Positions 20,198 through 31,468 of a stretch of 64,000 bases of DNA are shown here, one piece after another. The DNA is taken from the IMG/VR virus record IMGVR_UViG_3300023179_000012; one strand, given 5' to 3'. The notes beneath the pieces were generated by a model, which was not told where the DNA came from, searched no databases, and saw nothing but the letters and a program-made list of their open reading frames with translations. Within the stretch, counting starts at the first letter, position 1. Every line of letters begins with the position of its first letter. The stretch is from a virus. A program made the position numbers and the translations under genes.

Positions 20198-20943
20198 ATT
20201 ATCTCCTTAATTTTTACTTTTCCCACACCATTCTGGAAAATCAGTAGTTTCTAAATTTCCAAGTAAAAGAGTGGATGGTTTGGTTGACAAGTTACGAATC
20301 GCATAGCATTTGTGACCATCTGAATCGTGACCACAATCTATTATATCGTATTCTGTTACACTATGCAACATTTGAATTAATTGTTCTATACTAGTCATTC
20401 TACATCATATAATTCTGGAAAAAGATCAAGATATAAATCAGCAAACAGAGCATTGTCTCCATCATTAATTTCTAAACCATAAATAGGACTATCTTCTTGG
20501 CTATACTCGTCCATTACGCATCATTTCAAAAGTTCCACAACATATCTTGCGGTATCTGGAATATTATTTCCACCAAGATAATAACTACCAACAAAATCGT
20601 ATATTCGTTTTTGGTTACTTTCCTTGGTGAACTCGTTATAGTATTTTGAATCATACTCCATGTAAATGTATGATCCAACACTATCCAAAAAACTTGAGAT
20701 TCGTCTAAAAATTTCTGTGTTCATTAGATTGGCTCGTAATGGTTGAATTCTTTATATTCGTTCAGTTTAAAACATTGGGTCATTGTGTCCATCAACTTAT
20801 TTGCTTGGAGAGTAAGCAACACCTTGATGCCCTGTATGGTATTTACAATCTCGTCTTTCTCCAAATCATGCTCAAGAATTCCCTCGCTCAATGTTTCAAG
20901 ATTTGCTGACAGAGAATATAGTGAGGAAATTTCATCCTCAAGA

Positions 20944-21627
20944 TCAAATCGGTCTTTCATATTTTATCTCCACAATTCCAGAGTTAATAGTAATAAAAGA
21001 ACAGGAATTTTCTGTCCAACAGCCACAGTTATGGTATTGTACCATATCGGATAGTTTTGTCAATACTGAGTGCGTATGCCCACAGATAACAATATCACAA
21101 TCTTTGTCTTTACAATATTCTATTGCAAGATCCGCTATCTGTTCTGAACATCGTAAAAATGTTTTACTATTTCTTTTTGTTAAATTAGAATAGTAGTATT
21201 CGTTATTATGAAACCTATCGTATCTTTGAATTAGTCTATAAATTTTATCAGCAAACTTTGTGAATATTGGATATTTGGAAATAAAGTTATCAAAAATATC
21301 TCCATGCAAAATAACTATCTTTTTATCTCCGCTATTAGTAAAATATTCATCAACAAAATCCACACCAATAAGATGGCTAACTAATTCTGCTGGCCCGTCG
21401 TGATTACCACTAATCCAAACTACCTTTATATTATCGGACAGTTGGCGTAGTTTCTTTAATATTTTCCAGTGATCTTTGCGTAATCGTCTAAAATCCCAAC
21501 TGTCAAATAAGTCCCCATTAATAATTAGAGTTTGAGTAGATACTTTATCAAGAAATTTAGATAGTTGCTCAACCTGACAAACATCACTACCCAAATGAAC
21601 GTCACTAATTATAACAATTTCATTCAT
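20944..21627 (-). CDS. calcineurin-like metallophosphoesterase (LpxH-like)
   Basis: SDVHLG, NGDLFD, GNHD, HGD, GHTH. Confidence 0.9.
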   Translation of the reverse strand: MNEIVIISDVHLGSDVCQVEQLSKFLDKVSTQTLIINGDLFDSWDFRRLRKDHWKILKKLRQLSDNIKVVWISGNHDGPAELVSHLIGVDFVDEYFTNSGDKKIVILHGDIFDNFISKYPIFTKFADKIYRLIQRYDRFHNNEYYYSNLTKRNSKTFLRCSEQIADLAIEYCKDKDCDIVICGHTHSVLTKLSDMVQYHNCGCWTENSCSFITINSGIVEIKYERPI

Positions 21628-22769
21628 CGTGATTTTTTAATTAGCCATTCAATACAAGTAATTAACATTTCGCAGCATACGAAATAGAAGATTATATTTT
21701 GTATCATTTTACTTTTGTGCTACCTTTAATGTATCTTGGAAAATAAGGACAGTGAACACATTTTCTACCACAGCAAACTTTTCTACTAATAAGAAATTCT
21801 CTACTTAATGGTTGGGTCATTCCAAACTTTCTCTAAATAGTCTAGGGCGAACTTTACTGTATCGTCATCATAAAAACAATCATAATCGCCACCAGATATT
21901 TCTTTATACTTTTCGGGCCAAACTTGATACAGAACATTCATTATCGTCTGACCGTAGCGAAGTTCATTCTCATTTTCGTTATAAATTTTATCAGCACAAT
22001 TTAAAAACTGTTCAAAAGTTATCATGAATGTTTTTTCTTTTTGGGGGATTTGTGCATTTGTTTGAAATAAATTTGTTCTTCAAATCCTTCCTTTACTTTC
22101 AAGAGTTTTTCATCTTATTTAACTTTTTATTTTTGATTTTGAGACTAATAGATTTGTATCCATAAAAATCCATGATAAATGGTAAAGCAGCCAATATCGT
22201 TACGCACAATATTCCAAGTATACAAAAGACATACCATAAAAAGTAAAAATGTAGTTTGTGTAAGGAATCATCTGTCCTGTAAAAGAGTTATCGTATGCTG
22301 GCATAATTAGTCCTTAAATTGTTCTCAAGTAGTGGCTCTTAACTATACCACAGTTATCGGCATTGTCAAGTCTAGACTTGAGTTTCGTTTAAATCTACTA
22401 CTATTTCAGCACCGTCTAACACCCAAATATCCCAAGTATCATGAGGATCACTTCCTGGCAATTGCTTGCGTTTAATATTAAATTTTACATCGAAAATACC
22501 GCTAATTTTTTGCTCACGATATAAGAAATATATAATGGAGTTTTTAATATCATCAGCACTCATCTCTACTCTAGTTTGATTTTTTTGTTTCATAATTTTC
22601 CTTTAGATATTCTACAATCATTCCACTAGCCTGATTAACATTACAACCACCATGATCGTACTGAAATCTTATAATACTAAAAATAGTGTCTTTTTGTTCT
22701 GGTGATAATTTTCCTTTTCCTAAATCAAGATATTCATATCCAATATAATTAGCAACATTTTTTGCAAAT

Positions 22770-23108
22770 TCACCGAATGTCATTTGGATTCTCCAAATAT
22801 CCGCCTATTTCTGGTTCTCCATATTCATTATAATCTGTTTCCATCTGTTCCTTGTGCCATTGTATCACAGTCTCTAGTGCCGTGTCAAGGTCTTTAAAAT
22901 AATGTAGTCTGGAAGGCCCAAGAACATAAGAGTAGATTTGAACCCCTGTGATTTTGCACTCACAATTTTTATCACTCCAGTAATCTCCAAAGTCTAAACC
23001 AATATAGCCTTCGCTACTTTTACAATGACCGTCTGAGTGTTCAAAATAGTGATCATATGCTTCTTTTAAGAGTCTACGAATTTTTAGAAGTTTTTCTTTA
23101 TTTGTCAT
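22770..23108 (-). CDS. hypothetical protein
   Basis: 112-aa ORF. Confidence 0.5.
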   Translation of the reverse strand: MTNKEKLLKIRRLLKEAYDHYFEHSDGHCKSSEGYIGLDFGDYWSDKNCECKITGVQIYSYVLGPSRLHYFKDLDTALETVIQWHKEQMETDYNEYGEPEIGGYLENPNDIR

Positions 23109-24076
23109 GATAATATCTTAAACCAATAGTCTATCATTTCATCAAGAATAGATTGTAAAGTATAATCAGGTTGCCAACCTGTCGCTTGTTTTAATTTAGA
23201 AGAATCTCCCCTCAAATATAATAATTCTTGTGGTCTTAATAGTCTAGTATCAGTTTTTACAAAATCTTTATAGTTAAGTGAGAGTTTATTAAAAACATAG
23301 TCTACCAGATATTGTATGGTATAAGACTGTCCGGTTGAGCATACAAAATCGTTTGGTGATTCTTGATTAAGGATTAACCACATCGCTTTTACATAGTCTT
23401 TAGCGTGTCCCCAATCTCTAGATGAATCTAAGTTGCCAAGAATTAAACTAGAAGATAAACCAAGTTTAATTTTTACCGCCTCTTTACAAACTTTATTAGT
23501 GACAAAATTTGTACCTCGTCGTGGAGATTCATGATTAAATAAAATGCCATTAGAGATAAACATATCATATGAATAACGATAGTTTTTGCAAAGATTGTAT
23601 GAGAATAATTTAGAACAACCATAAGGAGAAACAGGATTCATTGGAGTTGTTTCTCTTTGGTAATCATCAGAATCAATAGAGTTGCCAAACATTTCAGATG
23701 ATGATGCTTGATAAACTCTAGTGTCGGGTTTGATTAACCTAACCGCTTCTAATAAGTTCAATGTGCCTATAGCATTAACTTGAGTAGTATAAATTGGTTG
23801 ATCAAAAGATATTCGTACATGAGACTGTGCTGCTAAATTATAAATCTCATCTGGTGACACATTCTTTATTATTGATAAGAGAGATGAAGAATCTAATAAG
23901 TCTCCATAATATAAGTTAATTTGATCTCTGATATGATCAATTCTATATGTTTGATTTTCAGCAACAGAATTACGTTTTAGAATACCATAAACAGAATATC
24001 CTTGCTCAAGTAAAAATTCAGATAGATAAGAACCATCTTGACCATTTATACCGGTTATTAATGCTTTTTTAGTCAT
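23105..24076 (-). CDS. gmd: GDP-mannose 4,6-dehydratase
   Basis: ALITGINGQDGSYL, YNLAAQSHV, QASSSEMFG, SPYGCSK, FNHESPRRG, RDWGHAKDYV. Confidence 0.95.
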   Translation of the reverse strand: MTKKALITGINGQDGSYLSEFLLEQGYSVYGILKRNSVAENQTYRIDHIRDQINLYYGDLLDSSSLLSIIKNVSPDEIYNLAAQSHVRISFDQPIYTTQVNAIGTLNLLEAVRLIKPDTRVYQASSSEMFGNSIDSDDYQRETTPMNPVSPYGCSKLFSYNLCKNYRYSYDMFISNGILFNHESPRRGTNFVTNKVCKEAVKIKLGLSSSLILGNLDSSRDWGHAKDYVKAMWLILNQESPNDFVCSTGQSYTIQYLVDYVFNKLSLNYKDFVKTDTRLLRPQELLYLRGDSSKLKQATGWQPDYTLQSILDEMIDYWFKILS

Positions 24077-24574
24077 AAATATTCTATGCCATCCAAAGGA
24101 TCATTGTCATAGGGATATTTAAATGGTCCCAAAGCCTTACATCTTTTCTCTTTGATAAAGTTTATCACATCAACGAAACAATTTTCACAAATATCAATGT
24201 CATATTTATAACCATCATGTATACTACCATATCCCCAACAAGCACTAAGTTCAGCCCATGATGGCCCCATATTCATTGTGGTTGCTGATTTTCCGCAAAC
24301 ATCACAATTAACATCATCAATCTCTTGAACGATTTTATCTTTAAAAGTTTTCATTTATTATACCAAGTTACATCTTTATATTTTGGATAATCGACCGGCC
24401 AATACCTTTTGTCAGTATTGTCTGGTGGATAGTATGGTTGAGAATATTGTAGTTGTTCAACTTTTGTAATTAGTTCTTTAACTTGAAGTTCCAGATTAAG
24501 TAGTGATCGTAAAACAACATCAATCTTTTGTTGCTTTGGTGCTTTCTTTTTAGTCTTAACTTTCTTTTTCTTTT

Positions 24575-24871
24575 TCATACTAATATTTTTCCTATTCCTT
24601 CTAGAATATCTTTTCGTACACCTTTACTCATATTACTTAATAGAATATGGTTTTTGAAAAAGATTTCACCTTTCTCCTTTACTATAATCCCAAAAGCATT
24701 TTGTGTCCATGCCTTACTTAATGAATGAACATCTTTAAAGTCAATCTCAACATTAAAACCAAGATCAATTTCTTCTAGAATGGATTGTCTTAATTCAGAT
24801 GCTACTTTGGTACTGCTTAAATTTGTTCCATACATATCTTTGATATCATAGTAAATTAGTGGGCCTTTCAT
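24575..24871 (-). CDS. STAS-like domain protein (DUF4325-like)
   Basis: LSSTKVASELRQSI...VEIDFKDVHSLSKAWTQNAFG. Confidence 0.65.
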   Translation of the reverse strand: MKGPLIYYDIKDMYGTNLSSTKVASELRQSILEEIDLGFNVEIDFKDVHSLSKAWTQNAFGIIVKEKGEIFFKNHILLSNMSKGVRKDILEGIGKILV

Positions 24872-25728
24872 ATAGTATCACCTAACTGCATTAGTAGTTT
24901 TTTATTATGGTTTCCTTGATAATGAACACTTAGTAGTCTAACTTGTTTATTATTTATATCTTCAATATAATATTTGTTGTGGAGTTTATTGATATTTTTA
25001 ATTCTATTTTTTAGTTTGTATGTTTGTTCTCCTAGATAACCATAGGAACGAGATAATTGATGGTCAAATACACAATCTTCGTTATTTATTAGTAATGGTA
25101 TATTTAAATCATGCACATCAACTATTTTTTCGGAGTGTAATAAATAATACAGGGTCATATCGCATATTCCACCAGCAATTTTATTGTTTCTATGCCATAG
25201 TATTTTATCTTGGATTAAATTAAATTTAGTCTTATACTTATAAATATCAAAACATAAATCAATAAATTTATTACAAAAATCTAGATCTAATAAAGCATTA
25301 TGAATTGATCCAACCATATTGAATTGATTATTATATTGACAGTGTTTTTGTAAAGAATAGCATACGTTCTTTGGAAAGTTTATTTTTGAAATATCCTCAA
25401 GAATAAGACAATCACTATCTATATGGAATACTGTAGATATGTTAGTTTGTAATAATAATTCCTTGATATAAAAAATTCTCAAAAAACATTTTAGTTCATA
25501 TCTAGAATTATTTGTTGAGTAATTAACAAAACTACGAGTAAATTCTTTAATACTATTATTAGTTAGATTATCTATATGATAGTGTTTTACTTTCACGTTG
25601 TCTATAAAAATAGAGTTATTTGTATTATCTCCAATGAGAATAATTTCATTCTTTATTGAATTTAAACGAATACATTTTTGGAAATATTCTTGATTACCAA
25701 TATGAAAAACAACGAGTGGTATATTCAT
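24868..25728 (-). CDS. putative glycosyltransferase
   Basis: CFLRIFYI...FHIDSDCLI (DxD) ... HYQG. Confidence 0.55.
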   Translation of the reverse strand: MNIPLVVFHIGNQEYFQKCIRLNSIKNEIILIGDNTNNSIFIDNVKVKHYHIDNLTNNSIKEFTRSFVNYSTNNSRYELKCFLRIFYIKELLLQTNISTVFHIDSDCLILEDISKINFPKNVCYSLQKHCQYNNQFNMVGSIHNALLDLDFCNKFIDLCFDIYKYKTKFNLIQDKILWHRNNKIAGGICDMTLYYLLHSEKIVDVHDLNIPLLINNEDCVFDHQLSRSYGYLGEQTYKLKNRIKNINKLHNKYYIEDINNKQVRLLSVHYQGNHNKKLLMQLGDTI

Positions 25729-26162
25729 CTACCAATGCCTTATAACATTGGCTATAATAAATCCACAAGTTATAAAATTAACTAATATAATACTTAGTTT
25801 GATAGTAAATGCCGTCCATGCTTCATATTGAGTAAGTATAGGAATATCTGGGGCATCATAATCGTCCTGACCAACTCTATGATCTATCGCTCTGGCTAGT
25901 ATGAGTAGTTTCCTATTCATTTTACTGTTTAAGTTTTACCATTACAAATGTTCCAATAAAAGCACCAGATGCTAATGGAATTAGATAATATATGTTTTTA
26001 CTATATGATACAACACCAAATGCCAATAAACTATAAATTACTGATGTAAGAAAAGCAGCGGTAACAGCGTGTCTATTATTGACTGATATGATATACCAAG
26101 CATATAACATATCTATAATAACATATGTAAAAAAAATCATACTTGCAGTTATCAAAGAAAAA

Positions 26163-26603
26163 TCATCCATTAGTTTTATTCCTACAACTATCACAAAGAG
26201 TAGTTATCCATCCTCCTTTATTTGGTTTGCCAGCATTACCACAAACTTCACAAACTTTATAACTATATTCTTCTGCCATACCAACAACACCATCTACATA
26301 ATCATCACCACCACTATAATAGATTCTTAATCCACCATACTTCTCTTTTACTTGATCAAATTTTACATGAGAGTAAGCAAGTTCTTCTTTAATCTTTTCT
26401 GGTTGATCTGCTAGAATTCTTTTCCTATCCTCTATGTTTTCTTCGTGTTGAAATATACGCCAACAAACAGATGACAATAATTCATACCATCCGTTTCCTA
26501 CTTCGCATCCCCAACACATACACGATTCCATGCAACTTTTATTCCTATTGGAGAATAAGTCGGGATACTTTTCATAAAGTTTATCTTGGAGTTCGGCGTC
26601 CAT
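26163..26603 (-). CDS. conserved phage hypothetical protein
   Basis: WGCEVGNGW, QVKEKYGGLRIY, CEVCG...TTLCDSC. Confidence 0.6.
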   Translation of the reverse strand: MDAELQDKLYEKYPDLFSNRNKSCMESCMCWGCEVGNGWYELLSSVCWRIFQHEENIEDRKRILADQPEKIKEELAYSHVKFDQVKEKYGGLRIYYSGGDDYVDGVVGMAEEYSYKVCEVCGNAGKPNKGGWITTLCDSCRNKTNG

Positions 26604-26826
26604 TTTACTTAGTCTTATACTTTTTCTGTTTTTGAAGTGTAGAAAGAATACTCATATATTTTTCAGCATCACTTTTAGTATTAAATTCAGTCACAATAGA
26701 CTGACCATCGCTCTTTGGCAGATTAATAGGCTGACCATTCTGAGTAACAACAAACTTACCATTCTTTTCAATAACACCAAGACTCATAATTATCCTCTGA
26801 GTTAAAAGTAAGAAACCACAAACGTA

Positions 26827-27261
26827 TTATACCAGACTATCGGCATTTGTCAAATCAGACTGTACCATTTTTCCATCACGCACAACATAAATCTTTGCAT
26901 TACCACTATATCTAATATAACTTCGTCCACCATCAATCATATTACCATTATTGAAACTCTTAAAATCATGGTGAGATTTACTATATTGAAGATCGCCGTT
27001 ATCATCTTCTATCATACCAAATGTAAATCTCTCTACTGCGTCAGCACTAAAAATAACGTATGATCCATCTTCATAGTTTGGCGCTATACCAAAATATCTG
27101 TTACCAAACTTTGGATGAGGAGAATTCCTATAGAAAATATCCACAGGACGATCACTAGCGTTATAGTCTGTGGTACAAACATAACTGATTGGAACACCGT
27201 CCTTATCAGAATAATGTTCGATAACCTTCTCAATACTTGTAACAGGGAAGTGTTTAATCAT
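26827..27261 (-). CDS. conserved phage hypothetical protein
   Basis: YSKSHHDF...MIDGGRSYIR. Confidence 0.55.
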   Translation of the reverse strand: MIKHFPVTSIEKVIEHYSDKDGVPISYVCTTDYNASDRPVDIFYRNSPHPKFGNRYFGIAPNYEDGSYVIFSADAVERFTFGMIEDDNGDLQYSKSHHDFKSFNNGNMIDGGRSYIRYSGNAKIYVVRDGKMVQSDLTNADSLV

Positions 27262-27468
27262 TTTCAGTTCTCAAATATTCGTCAATATCAATCTTAAACT
27301 TATCTGTTTCACCTAAAACTACAGCAGCATGGTATAGAATATGATCGCGTGGATCATTTCCATCGACAATATATTCTTCATAACTCAGTTGCTCACTATC
27401 ACTGTCCCAAATATATCTAGCACATTCCATAGCAGCATCAGTATAAAATAGTTCGGTTTGAGTTTTCA

Positions 27469-27936
27469 TTAAATATTCTCCACATTTTTTTCAATAATAT
27501 TAGCAATAGTCGTGAACTTACACCCAGTATCATTTAGTATAGATAGATTCTTATTATCCTTATATTCACCATATTTATCTTTTACTTTATAGATAAACTC
27601 ACCAGTAGAGTCCTTAATTCCTGCCCATTTTTTAACAACGCTAGGTAGCGATCCAGACTGGTTATTGAAAATAACAAATCCATAATTATTGGCAAAGTTT
27701 TTTTCAACCATTTTTTCAATACCGCCAATTGACCCATTAATTAGTTTTTTGGTACGGGTTTTGAGAGTTTTCTTGTGGTTCTTTTTCATTTCATAATTAT
27801 ACAATTCACAAAGAACCCCCAAACAACAATGCCTAACTTGATTCTTTTTATTATACTGCTTGAGGTAGCCTTCGCCCCTTTTATATTTACCACTCCTAAG
27901 AGCCTTAACCCATTTTTTAGCAATTTCTTTTTTCAT
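27469..27936 (-). CDS. conserved phage hypothetical protein
   Basis: KWVKALRSGKYK...CCLGVLCE...LNDTG..F..IANII. Confidence 0.6.
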   Translation of the reverse strand: MKKEIAKKWVKALRSGKYKRGEGYLKQYNKKNQVRHCCLGVLCELYNYEMKKNHKKTLKTRTKKLINGSIGGIEKMVEKNFANNYGFVIFNNQSGSLPSVVKKWAGIKDSTGEFIYKVKDKYGEYKDNKNLSILNDTGCKFTTIANIIEKNVENI

Positions 27937-28143
27937 CGTCTGTTAACCTTTCTTGCTGGATCACGCCTTTTAGGTTTATTATAATGAGTAACACGAATAG
28001 TTTGTTCAAAAGTATATGGATACATATTATTGATTCTCATCTCTGGAATAAGATAAGGATCAGACGGGATTTTGGTTTCAGAATATCCAAAACTTTCCAC
28101 AAACCAACCAATACTACCCAAAGTATTTTTAATCCAGTTATTC

Positions 28144-28626
28144 TCAGCCATACTGAGTCCATTTCCTTTCGGTAATAATGTCCTTAAACTTTTCGCCAGC
28201 AGGAGTAAGTTGAACCATACCATCTACGCAGAAAATACAACCATCTTTATCGCCGGGATTATCATACCTATCCCCACCTTCTTCATCATAACTATCGAAA
28301 TATAGAGTCAAACCAGTGTTCTTATTAAAGGAATTTTTTAGAGCGACTACAAGTTCCTCATACTCTTGAAAAATATCCTCCACAATCTGATCTTCGCTCA
28401 AGCCAAGTCGGATAACAGGATTGGACTTATCATTGGATACCGCATCATACAAAGCATCATTAACCATATCTGGATCATCCCAACCTAGCCAGCGACCAAA
28501 TATTCCCCAACCCACATCTTTAAAATACTTAGATTTTTCAATAGCCTTGATTTCGTCTGGACAGATTTTCTTCAAATCCTTGTATTCGATAACAAAACTT
28601 CCAACAGCAAAACTACCCATTCCCAT
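28144..28626 (-). CDS. hypothetical protein
   Basis: 160-aa ORF with GGAG RBS and promoter at 28654-28681. Confidence 0.6.
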   Translation of the reverse strand: MGMGSFAVGSFVIEYKDLKKICPDEIKAIEKSKYFKDVGWGIFGRWLGWDDPDMVNDALYDAVSNDKSNPVIRLGLSEDQIVEDIFQEYEELVVALKNSFNKNTGLTLYFDSYDEEGGDRYDNPGDKDGCIFCVDGMVQLTPAGEKFKDIITERKWTQYG

Positions 28627-28695
28627 ATTTTTTTCTCCAAGGGCGACAACACCATTGTACCTTGTTATCGGCAGTTGTCAACAGCACCTTTAGGA

Positions 28696-29244
28696 TTATT
28701 TAGTGCTTCGTGGATGACCCTTGGGCAACAAATCATTATCCTGTTTATAGTTAGGATTTGATGGGCGACCATTTCTCAGTAAGTATAAAAACGCATTAAC
28801 TCTTGCTATTGCCCAACCATCCCTACTCATTTTAGGAGCATGACTAGTGCTAAATGCTCCTGCTCCCCTTCTGTATACCGCTTTTAACATACCAAGAGTA
28901 GCCTTACTTCCTTTATCTTTTTTATTATGCTCAGTAACAAGTGATTGTAATCTTTTAATTACCGATTCATCAAGCGAAATGTTTCCCTTGTCATCTTTTG
29001 CACTATCTGGCTTGTTTTTCTTTGATCCTTTTTTCTGATCCTTTTTAGGAGCTGGAGTTTTTCTTGGATCATTTGGCCCAGGTTTTCCATATTGTAATGC
29101 TTCTGCTGTTTCGCCTTTACCGTGCTTACAATGCTGGCGACAACTAAAGCCTGGAACTTGATTTGATTTGCCACAATTACAATAACTCATATCCTTTGCG
29201 GATAAGTATTCTTTTATTGCTTCTAAATATTTATTTGTTTGCAT
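28696..29244 (-). CDS. basic protein, DUF5824-like
   Basis: LKAVYRRGAGAFSTSH...WAIARVNAFL; GGTGTATAAT motif upstream. Confidence 0.5.
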   Translation of the reverse strand: MQTNKYLEAIKEYLSAKDMSYCNCGKSNQVPGFSCRQHCKHGKGETAEALQYGKPGPNDPRKTPAPKKDQKKGSKKNKPDSAKDDKGNISLDESVIKRLQSLVTEHNKKDKGSKATLGMLKAVYRRGAGAFSTSHAPKMSRDGWAIARVNAFLYLLRNGRPSNPNYKQDNDLLPKGHPRSTK

Positions 29245-29293
29245 AGTGTCCTCGCTTCATATTATACACCATCAAAATTTTCATTAAATACTA

Positions 29294-30022
29294 CTAATAG
29301 TCTATTGGTGATAATTTATTATTAGATCTTAGTAATCGAAATTTAAAGTTGTCAAATAATTTTAAAGTATTATAAGAGTTATCAATAGTATATTTTAAGT
29401 ATTTTTCTGAATGATATGTTTGGGGATTTACTATTAGATGATCGTATCTACTACAATAAGTTTTTAGTCCTTGGGTATCTAGTATAGCAAATCTGTCATT
29501 GTATCCATTCCAATGATTAAAATTTGGAATACATATATTATATTTTGTTGATAATATTTGATTATCTAGAGGTTTTTCGAATAAACAATCTGGTCTACAA
29601 AAAAGATACTTTGCATAGGAGGTATTTAGAGAACTTAATATTTCATATATCTTTTTTAATCCATATAGTTGTCTTATTCCATGTTTTGTCAATAGTTCAG
29701 ATTCATTACCCCAATCTTTTGTATACCCACATTTTGATAAAGTTTTTTCTACCCAAGTGTCCAAATTTTTAATGCTCTCGCAATTTGTATCTAAAATAAC
29801 TTTTTGTGTAAAGATAAAATATTTATTAATAGATTTATAATCTATAGGATGATTTTCTTTGGTTGATGGTCTAAAATAATAACTATTATTATAGGTTACT
29901 ATAAAATAATCAATTATATATTTTTGACTCAGACTATCCGTAATATGTTTAGTAAAAAGTTTATAGAGTAAATTGTTATAATTTTTAACTTGACCAAAAA
30001 AACATATGGCAAGATGATTCAT
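29294..30022 (-). CDS. putative glycan-modification protein (DUF7796-like / glycosyltransferase-related)
   Basis: LAICFFGQVK, RPDCLF, YNDRFAI, HSEKYL; lies in glycosyltransferase cluster. Confidence 0.45.
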   Translation of the reverse strand: MNHLAICFFGQVKNYNNLLYKLFTKHITDSLSQKYIIDYFIVTYNNSYYFRPSTKENHPIDYKSINKYFIFTQKVILDTNCESIKNLDTWVEKTLSKCGYTKDWGNESELLTKHGIRQLYGLKKIYEILSSLNTSYAKYLFCRPDCLFEKPLDNQILSTKYNICIPNFNHWNGYNDRFAILDTQGLKTYCSRYDHLIVNPQTYHSEKYLKYTIDNSYNTLKLFDNFKFRLLRSNNKLSPIDY

Positions 30023-30864
30023 AGTTTGTTTACTCTTTTAATAATTTGTTTACAAGTTCCTTCTAAAGTAAAATAATCTTCATAAAGTGTTTGTCCTATG
30101 TATAACATTTTTCTATATTGTTCATTAGAAATATTAACTAATGTATCATATATTTTAGATGTATCAGATATAATTATGGCAAATTCTGTCCAGTTTAATT
30201 CATCGCACCAAGGTAAAAAGAGTTTATCTGTTACAATTACTGGCACACACCCTAATTGAAAAGACTCATATAATCTAAAAGAATTTAATCCATATCCTCT
30301 TGGACATAATAAGAATTTGCTTCTCATAGCATAATATATATATTGAAAATAATTTTGTTTATCAATATATTGTGACCATTTTTTAGTATTAATACTAATA
30401 TTAGGTTTATTTTTTAAATGATCAACCATTCTCTGTCTAATTCGATGAGTAATTGACCCATGAAAAGAACATAACAAATCTCTACTAGATACACGATAGC
30501 ATTTTTTATCATCATCTGGTATTTTTGAACAAACAAGTGGAATAGGTATACCTCCAGAATTACCACCAGCACAAAATTTTTGAGTTTTTTTTGGCAGTTT
30601 TTCTAGAATAGCATCATCATGTTGAGATACTGTAAAATACAGTAAATCATCATTAAGTTCATCTAATATTTTTTGTAATCCATTTAACTTTTTTTGTAAA
30701 TAACATTCTGTCCAATAAACTGGTATAAAAACTTTTGTTGTTAGTATTTGATTATTTATTAAATATTTATAGAAAAATTCTTCTAGGTACTCATTTTTAT
30801 GATATGGAGGATAAGGCAAATGAAAAGAGGTCGGTCTATATATTGATAATTTATCGGTTATCAT
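30019..30864 (-). CDS. exostosin-family (GT47-like) glycosyltransferase
   Basis: SKFLLCPRGYGLNSFRLYESFQLGCVPVIV. Confidence 0.85.
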   Translation of the reverse strand: MITDKLSIYRPTSFHLPYPPYHKNEYLEEFFYKYLINNQILTTKVFIPVYWTECYLQKKLNGLQKILDELNDDLLYFTVSQHDDAILEKLPKKTQKFCAGGNSGGIPIPLVCSKIPDDDKKCYRVSSRDLLCSFHGSITHRIRQRMVDHLKNKPNISINTKKWSQYIDKQNYFQYIYYAMRSKFLLCPRGYGLNSFRLYESFQLGCVPVIVTDKLFLPWCDELNWTEFAIIISDTSKIYDTLVNISNEQYRKMLYIGQTLYEDYFTLEGTCKQIIKRVNKL

Positions 30865-31468
30865 ATAGATTTCTAATCATATCTAATGTTTTAATTTTAT
30901 TTTCTACTCCTACAATCCAATTAGCATGATGTAAAACTATATTTGATGGTATGGTTATTTTTTTATTAGTTGATAACCCAGCAACAAAACCAGTAGTAAA
31001 AAATCTTCTAGATAATTTTTTATGTTTACACATACGAAGAAATCTATTCAGAGTCTTTTGATCACATCCTTGAAAATTAATTTTCATTTTTTCAAACATA
31101 CTCAATGTTTTTGAATTAGCTTTACAAATAAAAACTCCTGAATTATAACTATGAATATCATCTTGACAAGCGATATCATTATCTCCAATTTCAGTTAATA
31201 AAATATCTTTAAGGTTAATATCAAAAAATTGAACATCAACGTCACAGTAAAAAAAGTAGTCGTTAAAATTTTCTAAACACGCTTGAATAAATATTTCTAT
31301 TTTTTTAGCAGTAATTTTACCCCAGCCAGTAGAATAGTAACTAGCAGTTGGACAGTCTTGTTGTTGATATTCAAGGATATGAGGCGTAAAGTCTTTTGAT
31401 AATGTTTTTAAAAAATAATTTTCATATAAGATTTTATGAGATGGTGTGTATAGTGAGTAGATGTTCAT
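30851..31468 (-). CDS. nucleotide-diphospho-sugar transferase (GT77-like)
   Basis: FYCDVDVQF, NSGVF, DQKTLN, HHANW. Confidence 0.75.
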   Translation of the reverse strand: MNIYSLYTPSHKILYENYFLKTLSKDFTPHILEYQQQDCPTASYYSTGWGKITAKKIEIFIQACLENFNDYFFYCDVDVQFFDINLKDILLTEIGDNDIACQDDIHSYNSGVFICKANSKTLSMFEKMKINFQGCDQKTLNRFLRMCKHKKLSRRFFTTGFVAGLSTNKKITIPSNIVLHHANWIVGVENKIKTLDMIRNLYDNR